Part shown: in pieces, positions 37,082 to 45,911 of the stretch
Layout of the letters: each line of letters begins with the position of its first letter
Numbering within the stretch: position 1 is the first letter of the stretch
Virus record (IMG/VR): IMGVR_UViG_3300028914_000059
Coordinates: 32,001-96,000 of that record
Length of the DNA stretch: 64,000 bases
Strand: one strand, 5' to 3'
Origin: a virus
Lineage: Duplodnaviria > Caudoviricetes
Translations under genes and position numbers: made by a program
The notes under the pieces: model-generated
What the model was told of the DNA's origin: nothing
The model's database searches: none
The model's input: the letters and a program-made list of their open reading frames with translations, nothing else

Positions 37082-38272
37082 GTGAAAGACTCTAAACACA
37101 CAAAAGATTTGATCAAGCGCGCTGCTCTTGATCTGGGAACTAAAACCGGTGGTGTTCCCACCACCTTCAATTTCTCGGTTTTTAAACGTAACATCAGTGA
37201 TGAAGCTGAGCTGGTCAGGAACATAGCTACTGTTATAGAAGCTACTTTCCCAGGCATGGGTAACCCATATCTCTGGGCACCGGCTCAGTATGACGTCGTT
37301 ATTAAGACTCAGGACAAGATGGGTGAATATGATGCCACCCTTTTTACTGAGCAGGCTTTGAACAGGGCTTGTGGTGAACTGGGATTGAAACGACAAGAAA
37401 AGACTCCAGACAGGGATTCTGGGATTCTTGAAATTTTAAACCACTTTAAAACTACCGGTTTTACTAGTGGGAGAATATCTAGAATTAACGGAATCCTACG
37501 TAAAAGTTCGCGCTATATGTTCTGGGATGACAACTGCAGTTGCCAGAGCGTAATAGAAACCATGGTCGAAGCTGGGCTTCTTGGCCTGGACAATAATGAC
37601 TATGGTGCCTCAGAAATTGCATACCTGACTGAATTAGGACGTGAGATCCTTAAGCTCTACGGGGATTCTATGACGGATCTGACTGTTATTACTGACCTCA
37701 TAAAATCAGTAGCCTTCTTTAAGCTGAAAAGATACTGGGCAGAAGCAGTAGCTCATCAGATTATCGAGGACAGCGACGGTCCGTTGCTGTACTCGGTTGA
37801 AAAGCGACTATTGGAACGTAAACCACGTAAAGACAACCTGGCCCCAATGCAGAAGATTGAGACTCCGAAGTATGACTATGTTAAACCTGCTGATAAACCT
37901 AGGGTTAAAGAAATCGAAATCAAACACGATGAGCTTAATCCTCCTAAGCTGGAGCTCAAGCCTAAAACTAGAGCAGCTATGCCAATAAAGATAGAACAGC
38001 CAATGGAAGTCCATAAACCAGCAGCCAAGACTATCGAAGTTGAAGAAGTATTCGTAGCACCCAAACCAACAAAGGAGAATATCGTGGTTAAAAATCCAGA
38101 TCTCGTAGAACAACTAGGAGTAGATACCCAATATCCGTCTATCTTTGAAATGGAAGATATTCAGGATGTTGTTCTCAAGCTGACAATGCTGCAGTTAAAA
38201 TGTGAAAGCAAAGGTCAGCCTGGCAAAGCTGACACAATTTCAAATATGATAAAATTCTTGATGAAAGGGTAA
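37082..38272 (+). CDS. Hypothetical protein
   Basis: 396-aa ORF, SD taaggag with GTG start; K/E/P-rich C-terminal half. Confidence 0.6.
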   Translation: MKDSKHTKDLIKRAALDLGTKTGGVPTTFNFSVFKRNISDEAELVRNIATVIEATFPGMGNPYLWAPAQYDVVIKTQDKMGEYDATLFTEQALNRACGELGLKRQEKTPDRDSGILEILNHFKTTGFTSGRISRINGILRKSSRYMFWDDNCSCQSVIETMVEAGLLGLDNNDYGASEIAYLTELGREILKLYGDSMTDLTVITDLIKSVAFFKLKRYWAEAVAHQIIEDSDGPLLYSVEKRLLERKPRKDNLAPMQKIETPKYDYVKPADKPRVKEIEIKHDELNPPKLELKPKTRAAMPIKIEQPMEVHKPAAKTIEVEEVFVAPKPTKENIVVKNPDLVEQLGVDTQYPSIFEMEDIQDVVLKLTMLQLKCESKGQPGKADTISNMIKFLMKG

Positions 38273-38281
38273 GATTGTATT

Positions 38282-38401
38282 ATGAAATATGTAGCCGGAC
38301 TGTTAATAATATTAGCAGCCGGCTGCTTTCTAGCCGTCAGGTTATGGAAACGCAGCCGACTAATTATAGTATATAAACTAAGAAAAGTAGGAGGAATATA
38401 A
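38282..38401 (+). CDS. Small membrane peptide, 39 aa (not in ORF track)
   Basis: MKYVAGLLIILAAGCFLAVRLWKRS...; its stop overlaps the next ATG. Confidence 0.4.
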   Translation: MKYVAGLLIILAAGCFLAVRLWKRSRLIIVYKLRKVGGI

Positions 38402-38517
38402 TGGAAAAGTATGCAGCAGGAAAAGAAGTAATCTGTAAATGTGGTGAAAAGGTAACACTGTTTGCGGGCGAAATAGCAACCTGCCCTAAATGTGGCGCTA
38501 AGATTTCAGGAGATTGA
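38401..38517 (+). CDS. Small zinc-ribbon protein, 38 aa (not in ORF track)
   Basis: SD aggagg; CKCG...CPKCG. Confidence 0.6.
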   Translation: MEKYAAGKEVICKCGEKVTLFAGEIATCPKCGAKISGD

Positions 38518-38588
38518 AACTATGGAACAAGAACTCCTGAAAGCTGTAATGCAGGGCGAAGCTAATCAAATTCTATCACAGATAAACA

Positions 38589-38900
38589 ATGACTAAGCCA
38601 AGACCCAAACATTGCATTTTCTGTAACGAACGTAGCGAGGAGATCTTCCCTTGCCAGGCATGCGAAAAAACATGGCCTGCAGGGATGACCGCCATAGTGG
38701 ATGAAAATAATAGATGGATGATGCTGCCCACTACATATTGCCAAAATGTTATAAGGGACTTAGCTAACATGAAAACCGAAGATCCTCGAATACAACTCAC
38801 CGGAGTAGATTTGGTTCAATATGTGAAAGACTGGGCTGCCATGCGTAAGCAGGAATTTCTAGAGCGTGGGCGAGCTGCATTCGCCCCACCTCAAGATTGA
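38589..38900 (+). CDS. Small Zn-finger-like protein
   Basis: CIFC...CQAC. Confidence 0.55.
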   Translation: MTKPRPKHCIFCNERSEEIFPCQACEKTWPAGMTAIVDENNRWMMLPTTYCQNVIRDLANMKTEDPRIQLTGVDLVQYVKDWAAMRKQEFLERGRAAFAPPQD

Positions 38901-38945
38901 CTGAAAGGCATAAATCAGTTATACTACAGTGTAACTGATTTTTTT
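38897..38945 (+). promoter_or_regulatory. Sigma70-like promoter overlapped by a terminator-like hairpin
   Basis: TTGACT-N17-TATACT (38897-38925); hairpin aaatcagtta...taactgattt plus T-run covers the -10 element. Confidence 0.6.
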
Positions 38946-38961
38946 ATCTGGGAGTTTTAAT

Positions 38962-39384
38962 ATGTTTGAAAAATTAGCTGAAGATATAGCTTACATGGCA
39001 CAACTAAAACTTGCTGCTCTTACTGAACAAGTAGAAAAAACAGCAGACGCTAGCCATTATCTTAGACAAATGCTAAATATGGCAAAAAATGCACCTGCAG
39101 GTACGGCTAGCATGGGGGATCTGCCAGGATATAACGCTTTAGCTGGTAAATTAAAGGCGATCGCAGGCCGAGCCTACAGTGGAGCAAGAAATGCTGCTAA
39201 TTCACAGCTACCATACTCACTCAAAAGTAAAATAGTTAATAATGTCGGACAAATGGTTGGTCAGGAATCAAAATATGGAATAAAACCATATGATTTTACA
39301 CAATTTCTAGGCTCAAGTAGTCCTCGGGCTGCTCTAAGTCCACAACAATTTCTAGATCTCGCTGCCTCTAGAAGAGTTGGATAA
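38962..39384 (+). CDS. Putative internal virion protein (KLAA-leader family)
   Basis: MFEKLAEDIAYMAQLKLAAL..EKTA. Confidence 0.65.
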   Translation: MFEKLAEDIAYMAQLKLAALTEQVEKTADASHYLRQMLNMAKNAPAGTASMGDLPGYNALAGKLKAIAGRAYSGARNAANSQLPYSLKSKIVNNVGQMVGQESKYGIKPYDFTQFLGSSSPRAALSPQQFLDLAASRRVG

Positions 39385-39494
39385 AATAACTAAAAACGCA
39401 AAAATATTCAATCTAAAAAGTCTACGAAAAATGCTCTTTTCGTAGACTATTCTGGCACACCTCAACAAATCAAACAAAAATAAAGGGGATTAGC

Positions 39495-39743
39495 ATGACT
39501 TTCTGGCAATCATTTATAGGTATGTTCAAAGGACCTGACGGTTATTTCAGCAGCAGCAAAATAATGAGCTTCTGCGGATTTTTCGCTTTTATTATCGTCA
39601 GCTGCATTTTATTATATATCAACCCAGCCAAATTCAACTATGAGATCTTCGCCTGCCTGAGTGCTGGCGGAGCTGCTGGACTAAGGGCTATGGACAAGTA
39701 TACCAATATGCTTGGAGCAAAAGCTAAAGTAGAGGACAAATAA
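39495..39743 (+). CDS. Putative holin (2 TM helices)
   Basis: 82 aa; SSSK motif then two hydrophobic helices; charged C-terminus. Confidence 0.55.
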   Translation: MTFWQSFIGMFKGPDGYFSSSKIMSFCGFFAFIIVSCILLYINPAKFNYEIFACLSAGGAAGLRAMDKYTNMLGAKAKVEDK

Positions 39744-39744
39744 T

Positions 39745-40002
39745 ATGATAGAAAAACTGGCACAAGATATATATAATGCTGCTATTATCAAACTGGCTGC
39801 TTATGACTTTAATAAGGGACCTTATGGTAAAGAAAACGCTGAGTTAATTTTAAAAGAATATCCTAAAACTTTAAAATATATAGAAAACCTAAGATCAGAC
39901 CCTAAAACTGATCCAAGGATGCTGAAATTTGAAGAAGATAATCTCCCATATTTAACAAAACTACACGAAGATGCTCAGGCATACTTAGCCTCACTTAAAT
40001 AA
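39745..40002 (+). CDS. Small protein of the KLAA-leader family
   Basis: MIEKLAQDIYNAAIIKLAA. Confidence 0.6.
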   Translation: MIEKLAQDIYNAAIIKLAAYDFNKGPYGKENAELILKEYPKTLKYIENLRSDPKTDPRMLKFEEDNLPYLTKLHEDAQAYLASLK

Positions 40003-40005
40003 GCA

Positions 40006-41733
40006 ATGTTCCACAAACTAGCCCACGACATATATACAGCTACATTGATAAAGCTGGCTTTTAAAGCCAACCAGAATAACTTTACTCATGGCACCTCTGC
40101 TGTATTCTCAAAGACCACTAAGCGCCCCGACAGAGAGCCCGATAAAAAGTCACCCAAGAAAGGAAGCGATTCCGAGTACTGGGTAACTCCTATGGGGATA
40201 GTCAGGGGCAGTGACCACTGGGGCACTGTCGGGACCTGTAACTGGGATCTTGCCGGGTCGCCTGATCACCCCGGCAAGAAAGTCTATGGGTTTAGTCCGT
40301 GGGAAAACTTCAATAAGAAAACCGCAGCCTTAGATACTATCCAACACTACACTAAAAGTGGCCCAAAAGATCAGGTAAGCAAGTCGGTATCACAATGGCA
40401 TGATGAGAACCCTGAAGCTGCCGAAGCCTTTCTCCTAGATTTATATAATAAACTTGGTTGGAAAAACAACAACCCAGCAAAATATATGAAGACTAGACAT
40501 GAGTTGGAAAACTGGATGTATGAACAACTTCCTCAGTTAGGTATTAAAGCTGATACTAAATATCCAACGTATGGCAGTTTAGATCTGGGGTATACTCCTG
40601 AAGTATTCCAGGATATGAACTCTCATTTAGATATACCATTAAAAGGACTAGAAGATAAAGTTACCTTTAGTATTGGTGACTCTATACCAGTACTTGGAAA
40701 GGCAGACCCTGCCAGCAGAAAATTATACAGTCTTAAGGACATACAGAGCATGCCTTTAAATGAAGTTATAGAGAAAGTAAAGGCTAGTACAAATAATAGC
40801 AGAGGTCAGAATTACCTTGAAGCTCAGATATGGACTACCCCTGAAGAACTTCAACAGGTTGCTAAATTAATCGAAAAAACTGGCTCTAAAAAAGTTCTTA
40901 AAGGCTATTATGATATGACCCCAGAAGAACAGGAGGCTGCTCGTAACTCCCTTAAAGACAATGAAGTAGTCTACTTATCTTCTAAACCTATCGGTCGTGG
41001 GTATGAGGGATCTGCTTATCCAGTACTGACTAAAGACCTGGGTGAAGCTATCAGGAAAAACTTTAACGGTTGTTATGGCGAGACACCTCACCTTCAACGC
41101 ATGATAGAATTAAAAGGTAACAAAATAGACCAGCAGGTAAGAGATTTATTTGATGCTGGGGAATTTGAGAAAGCATATGAACTATATGCTGCAGACAATC
41201 CACGCAAACGGATGAAAAACAGGCTGGCTGAAAGAATGCAAGTACTAATGAATCCTGATAATGCTGATCTGTTTGCTGCATTAGCTAAAGCCCAGCCGAG
41301 AAGAGTGCATGAAAATATAGGTGGGGGTATAAGAGCTGTAGAACCAGGATTAGGTAGTCTTATTATGGAAAAGCTAAAAGTTCAAGATGACTCGAAAGGG
41401 TTCACTGAAGCTGACTTTATATCCATGAATACAGACCTAGCTGAAAGAATCATGAAAGCTCATATCGGAGACAAGCCGGCTTATGGAACGGACTTCCCGG
41501 AAAAATTTACAACACCCAATGGTAAGATAGGGCCCAACATGCGTTTTGCACCTATACTACGTGGCGCTGATGGTAAACTTTACCAGGTCAAGGATATACG
41601 AAACGTCTTTGATAAAATGGCTCTGCCAGAAATGTTCAGAAGTCACGAGACGGCCTTTCACAATGCCGGACTCAATGATAACAATCAGCTGAAAATATTT
41701 GATTTTGGTACTAAACCAATAGAGGAGGCCTAA
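40006..41733 (+). CDS. Multidomain KLA-leader protein with C-terminal protein-kinase-like domain
   Basis: Leader MFHKLAHDIYTATLIKLA; IGRGYEGSAY (Gly loop), AIRK, LIMEKL, D..HN, KIFDFG. Confidence 0.55.
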   Translation: MFHKLAHDIYTATLIKLAFKANQNNFTHGTSAVFSKTTKRPDREPDKKSPKKGSDSEYWVTPMGIVRGSDHWGTVGTCNWDLAGSPDHPGKKVYGFSPWENFNKKTAALDTIQHYTKSGPKDQVSKSVSQWHDENPEAAEAFLLDLYNKLGWKNNNPAKYMKTRHELENWMYEQLPQLGIKADTKYPTYGSLDLGYTPEVFQDMNSHLDIPLKGLEDKVTFSIGDSIPVLGKADPASRKLYSLKDIQSMPLNEVIEKVKASTNNSRGQNYLEAQIWTTPEELQQVAKLIEKTGSKKVLKGYYDMTPEEQEAARNSLKDNEVVYLSSKPIGRGYEGSAYPVLTKDLGEAIRKNFNGCYGETPHLQRMIELKGNKIDQQVRDLFDAGEFEKAYELYAADNPRKRMKNRLAERMQVLMNPDNADLFAALAKAQPRRVHENIGGGIRAVEPGLGSLIMEKLKVQDDSKGFTEADFISMNTDLAERIMKAHIGDKPAYGTDFPEKFTTPNGKIGPNMRFAPILRGADGKLYQVKDIRNVFDKMALPEMFRSHETAFHNAGLNDNNQLKIFDFGTKPIEEA

Positions 41734-42174
41734 ATGTGGAAAACCTTACTAGTTACATTATTGTTAGTTTTGTCTCTTTCATTGCAGGGTTTCTGCTCGA
41801 CCTATACCTTCACCGAAGAACAGATGGCCGGGTTGAAGACAGAATTGACGAGGCTCAAAACATCAATAGCCAGCTTGACTCTGGCACTGGACAACTCGAA
41901 GAAAGAACTGTTACTGTCAAAAGAACTATTGTTAACGCAAAAAACCGAACTGGAGAAATGGCAGAAGTCGCACAGAGAATTGCAGACGGAACTGATAAAC
42001 TCAATAAATCAGTTGAACGAAGTACAGAAGCTATTACAAAAGCAGAGGGAGCTATTAGGACAGCAGAAGACAGCATTGCAAAAATCGAAGAAATACTCTC
42101 AGCAGCAGAAATACAATCGAAGGATTGAGCGATTAGGCTGGGCAGCCTTAACTATCTTTCTTGCTGTAAAATAA
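41734..42174 (+). CDS. Spanin-like coiled-coil protein (N-terminal signal, C-terminal hydrophobic tail)
   Basis: MWKTLLVTLLLVLSLSLQGFC, heptad repeats, LGWAALTIFLAV; fully overlaps a second ORF. Confidence 0.5.
   Translation: MWKTLLVTLLLVLSLSLQGFCSTYTFTEEQMAGLKTELTRLKTSIASLTLALDNSKKELLLSKELLLTQKTELEKWQKSHRELQTELINSINQLNEVQKLLQKQRELLGQQKTALQKSKKYSQQQKYNRRIERLGWAALTIFLAVK
41736..42128 (+). CDS. i-spanin-like protein embedded out of frame
   Basis: GTG start 2 nt after the partner ATG; N-terminal TM helix followed by coiled coil. Confidence 0.5.
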   Translation: MENLTSYIIVSFVSFIAGFLLDLYLHRRTDGRVEDRIDEAQNINSQLDSGTGQLEERTVTVKRTIVNAKNRTGEMAEVAQRIADGTDKLNKSVERSTEAITKAEGAIRTAEDSIAKIEEILSAAEIQSKD

Positions 42175-42176
42175 AG

Positions 42177-42210
42177 AAACCCTGGGATAATCTCCCAGGG
42201 TTTTATTTTT
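42177..42210. terminator. Bidirectional terminator between convergent blocks
   Basis: aaaccctggga-taatc-tcccagggttt with T-rich and A-rich flanks. Confidence 0.75.
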
Positions 42211-42567
42211 TTACATAGTAATTGGCTTGAATGCTTTGGCTACGTTAGGCCTAGCTGCCTGCTGATAAGCCGTGTTATTCAACATATTCTGGATTTGAGA
42301 GAGGAAATTAAGCTGTCTGCCAGTAGTGGCCAGCTGTGGGTTTTTCATTATTCCATTATGAAATAACTTGGCAGCAGCAGGGTATGGGATGGTTCCGTTC
42401 TGCATTCCAGAAATGAATCTTGTAAAGGCCTTATTTGGCTGAGTTTGGAAAAAGTTAAGGAACTGCTGCATATTTCCAGCAGCAGCATACTTTTCGAACA
42501 AGTCATCCAGAGCAGCCAGTTTAACGTTAGCCATAAATGCTATATCATAAGCTAATTTATTCATCAT
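42211..42567 (-). CDS. Putative internal virion protein (KLAA-leader family)
   Basis: MMNKLAYDIAFMANVKLAALDDLFEKYAA. Confidence 0.65.
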   Translation of the reverse strand: MMNKLAYDIAFMANVKLAALDDLFEKYAAAGNMQQFLNFFQTQPNKAFTRFISGMQNGTIPYPAAAKLFHNGIMKNPQLATTGRQLNFLSQIQNMLNNTAYQQAARPNVAKAFKPITM

Positions 42568-42579
42568 AATAACTGCTCC

Positions 42580-43788
42580 TTAGAATACATTGGTTCCGCC
42601 GTAGGCTTTCCACTTAGTAAGATTAATGGCTACCCAAGTAAAAGTTGCAGCTGCGTTAGATCCAGAATTATAGACAGTAAATTTAGTAGCGCTATTGTTA
42701 ACAACATAAATCTCGCCAACATTACCCACGGTGGCTGGTGCACTTGTTCCGTCTACACTGATGAATACTGCATAATCCCCAGCAGCTGAAGCGAAGCCAG
42801 ATGGCAGTGTTATTGCTCTTCCAGCTGTCCCCTGCAGAGTAGTCGCTGTAGTAGCAGTATAAGTAGTACCTTTACCTGCCAGAATAACTTTTTTAACTTC
42901 CGTTAATATAGCATTTTTAATGGCTGTTGCAACCTGCGTAGCGGTCTGTCCGCCGGCAGCTGTAATATCATCCATAGTGGCCAGCTGCTTAAATGTATTA
43001 GAAGAACCAGCTTTACGGACAGCCCATCCGCTGCCTGTGCTTGAACCGGAGTATACCAGCTGAGGATTATAGGTGCTGTTACAGTCTATTTCAATACCTG
43101 AGTTAACTGCTGAGGTACCACCCTTATTAAGGAGAATAACCTGATCGTTAATTTCAGTATTAGTCGTAGTAGTATTTACAACGGAGTTGAGAATAACATT
43201 ACCGGTCACTTCCAAGTCACCAAATACTCTCAATTTCTTAGTGGCTCCAGAAGCACCTATATCCAAATTACCAGCAATCTTATTACTGCCAGTACCAGCA
43301 ATAGTAAGATTCGAGCTTGTGCCAGTAGTTGTAAGAGCACCTGCAAAAGTACCTGCCTTAGCTTCCACAGCCTGTAAAGTGGTCTTACCACTTGTTACAT
43401 TAATAGCGGCTGCTGTGGAAGAACTTGCAGAGAACTGAGTGGTTACACCCTTAAAATGTTTCACAGCTGTAATTTCCTGAGCTGTTCCGGTGCGATAAAC
43501 TATATCTCCAGCCAGATCAGAATGAAGCATGGCTTTAGTAATATAATTATCCCCCACGATATGTGGGGAAGAAGCTGCTGCAGATATTGTAGAGCCCACA
43601 TGAGTATCCATATCAGCCTTGAAGTGCATCAAATTGGAACTGCTGGGGGCACTTAAATTTTCAATATTAGAGATCCTATTATTAAGCTCTGTGTGTGCCT
43701 GGGCGGCATCACCAGCTGTCATTGGCTGGGTTTCCAGCCTGTTTAACGGGATACTGCCCTCTTCAATATATTTGCCATCTACTATCAT
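42580..43788 (-). CDS. Tail fibre-related protein
   Basis: T/S/G-rich beta repeats, GDLEVTG motif, C-terminal small beta domain (KFTVYN...FTWVAI). Confidence 0.65.
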   Translation of the reverse strand: MIVDGKYIEEGSIPLNRLETQPMTAGDAAQAHTELNNRISNIENLSAPSSSNLMHFKADMDTHVGSTISAAASSPHIVGDNYITKAMLHSDLAGDIVYRTGTAQEITAVKHFKGVTTQFSASSSTAAAINVTSGKTTLQAVEAKAGTFAGALTTTGTSSNLTIAGTGSNKIAGNLDIGASGATKKLRVFGDLEVTGNVILNSVVNTTTTNTEINDQVILLNKGGTSAVNSGIEIDCNSTYNPQLVYSGSSTGSGWAVRKAGSSNTFKQLATMDDITAAGGQTATQVATAIKNAILTEVKKVILAGKGTTYTATTATTLQGTAGRAITLPSGFASAAGDYAVFISVDGTSAPATVGNVGEIYVVNNSATKFTVYNSGSNAAATFTWVAINLTKWKAYGGTNVF

Positions 43789-43801
43789 ATTTTATCTCCT
43801 A

Positions 43802-45805
43802 TCAACCTATAGCGATATAATCAAATGCCACAGTGGCAGTACCGGTGTTATAAACAGTAAATCTGTCTGTGGACTTGGAAACCCAGACATCACCAAGTTG
43901 TCCATCGGTGTTTGCTGTTGGTGTAACAGCAACGGTATAGTTTGTATTTGCAAAAGCAGCTGGTAGCATTACAACCCTGCCAATAGTTCCGTTAAATGTA
44001 GAGGAGCCTCTCATAGGCTTCAGATTGTTAACCTTATCATGAACGTGAGAGTTTTTCACGGTTCCACCAAGAGCCAATATCTGAGTTGCAAAGTTAGCTG
44101 GAGTATAGTATCTGATGTAACCATCATATGAAGCATACACTCTATCCATAGTAGTAGTGCTTGCATTTCCGCTGGTTGTATTTATCCAGCCGCATTTTGT
44201 ATGTCCACTTGCATCGGTCTTTACAAGCTTATTGGCTTCATTGTTTACACTGCCGGAAGTCACATGCAAACCATCGACCTTGTCTGAATCCAGAACAGTC
44301 ATAGTGAACGTAGAATTGCCAAGATTAGTTATTGTAGTGCTGCCTGATACATTACCGGCTGCTGTTATGGTAAAGTCATTAACATCGAAGTTCAACTTGC
44401 CGGAATTATCATCATATGTAACAGCAATTCCACTTTCGGTGTTTCCACTAATCATGCCACCGACATAATCCTGAACAGTTTCCATATGGCCATCGAGAAA
44501 TTCCTGCAGGCCTATTACAGAAGTAGCTGGAATGCGTTCGCCATGACTAGCAACACCAGAGTGGTCGTGAATACCAATATCAACACCATCAACTGTGGCA
44601 TTAAGAGCAACAGTGATATCACCTGTGAAGCTGGAAGTTCCATGAACAGCCAGATTCTGAAGTGAGGTATTAGTCTGAGCTATGGTAACTTCATTTTCTG
44701 ATATTTCAAACTTAGGTGCATTCTGAACACCGAAATATAAACTTACAGAGGAGTGGGCATTGAATATCTTCCAAGGCGTATTATTGCCTGAAGCCAGAGT
44801 CAGTATGCTGTCGTCAAGGGTAACAGCATTGTTAGTAAAAGTTACGTCAGCCTGGGTGCCATATTCGTTACCAGCATAGTAGATCGGGTCACTGGCACCA
44901 CCTAATGTAAGAGTGCCACCAACCGAAGCATCACCATTACCACCGACTGTAAACAAATTATTATTGCTACTGTTCTTACAGGAAATTACAGTACTACCAG
45001 GGGTAGCGGCTGAGTTGGCCTTATATATAAATCCCTCATCTGTAGTAGTTACAGAAGGAACTGTTATGTCAGAAGTGAAGTTGATACCGTTGGCGGTAAC
45101 ACCGAGCTTGTTGCCCTGAATAGTTACATCACCCTTAAGGATGTTAAGGTTACCATTCCTGTCAACAATTACAGCGGCTTCGTTAAGACCCATGGTTCTG
45201 GTCTGCAGTTCGAGAAGATTTCCAAGGAAAGTATCCTCGACTGGCTCTCCTGCTTCTTCGTCGAGACCAGTCCCATCCGGAGCCACAATAATACCAGTGT
45301 GATTAGTTGCAGATGAAGGTGTAACTAAAAGACTGTCATAGTCTATTGTTTCTGACTCAACTTTAGTTGTGGTACCCACAACAGTGAGGTCACCATCAAT
45401 AACAACACTGCCGGAAATATGTGTCTGACCACCTATACTGGTAACTCCACTTATATTAACATCCCCATCCAAAGTAGCATTGTCTGCTTTAAGGTCACCA
45501 TCTATATCTAAAAGAACATTACCATCTCCGGCATTCGTGACAGTTATAGTCTGTTGAATTGAAGATGGGGCTGATTGTATATCTTCAGAACGGATAGTGG
45601 ACTGGGTCAGTATCTGGCCATGTGGATCTGACGAGGTGGCTTCATGTGCAGACAATCGCTGGTCTACAGCCGAAGCGCGATCGTTCAGCTCAGTGGTATT
45701 ATAAGTAAGAGCTATCTTGCTTTCAGATATTTGAGCATCCTCAGCAATAACAGCATCTGTTATTGTCAACGGTTGAATTGAATGGGTTCCGTGTAATTTT
45801 TTCAT
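43802..45805 (-). CDS. Tail fibre protein
   Basis: GDLTVVGTTT and DKVDGLH fibre motifs; C-terminal domain paralogous to that of the next gene (RFTVYN...FDYIAIG). Confidence 0.7.
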   Translation of the reverse strand: MKKLHGTHSIQPLTITDAVIAEDAQISESKIALTYNTTELNDRASAVDQRLSAHEATSSDPHGQILTQSTIRSEDIQSAPSSIQQTITVTNAGDGNVLLDIDGDLKADNATLDGDVNISGVTSIGGQTHISGSVVIDGDLTVVGTTTKVESETIDYDSLLVTPSSATNHTGIIVAPDGTGLDEEAGEPVEDTFLGNLLELQTRTMGLNEAAVIVDRNGNLNILKGDVTIQGNKLGVTANGINFTSDITVPSVTTTDEGFIYKANSAATPGSTVISCKNSSNNNLFTVGGNGDASVGGTLTLGGASDPIYYAGNEYGTQADVTFTNNAVTLDDSILTLASGNNTPWKIFNAHSSVSLYFGVQNAPKFEISENEVTIAQTNTSLQNLAVHGTSSFTGDITVALNATVDGVDIGIHDHSGVASHGERIPATSVIGLQEFLDGHMETVQDYVGGMISGNTESGIAVTYDDNSGKLNFDVNDFTITAAGNVSGSTTITNLGNSTFTMTVLDSDKVDGLHVTSGSVNNEANKLVKTDASGHTKCGWINTTSGNASTTTMDRVYASYDGYIRYYTPANFATQILALGGTVKNSHVHDKVNNLKPMRGSSTFNGTIGRVVMLPAAFANTNYTVAVTPTANTDGQLGDVWVSKSTDRFTVYNTGTATVAFDYIAIG

Positions 45806-45873
45806 CTTGGTTTCCTAGGAAATAAAGCTTTACTTAATATTACTATTTAACAGTGGAAAAGTAAAGGGTAAAA

Positions 45874-45904
45874 GAAAACCAGGATCTATGGGGTCCTGGT
45901 TTTC
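45874..45904 (-). terminator. Intrinsic terminator
   Basis: gaaaaccagga-loop-tcctggttttc with a T-run on the minus strand. Confidence 0.6.
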
Positions 45905-45911
45905 AGCTGAA

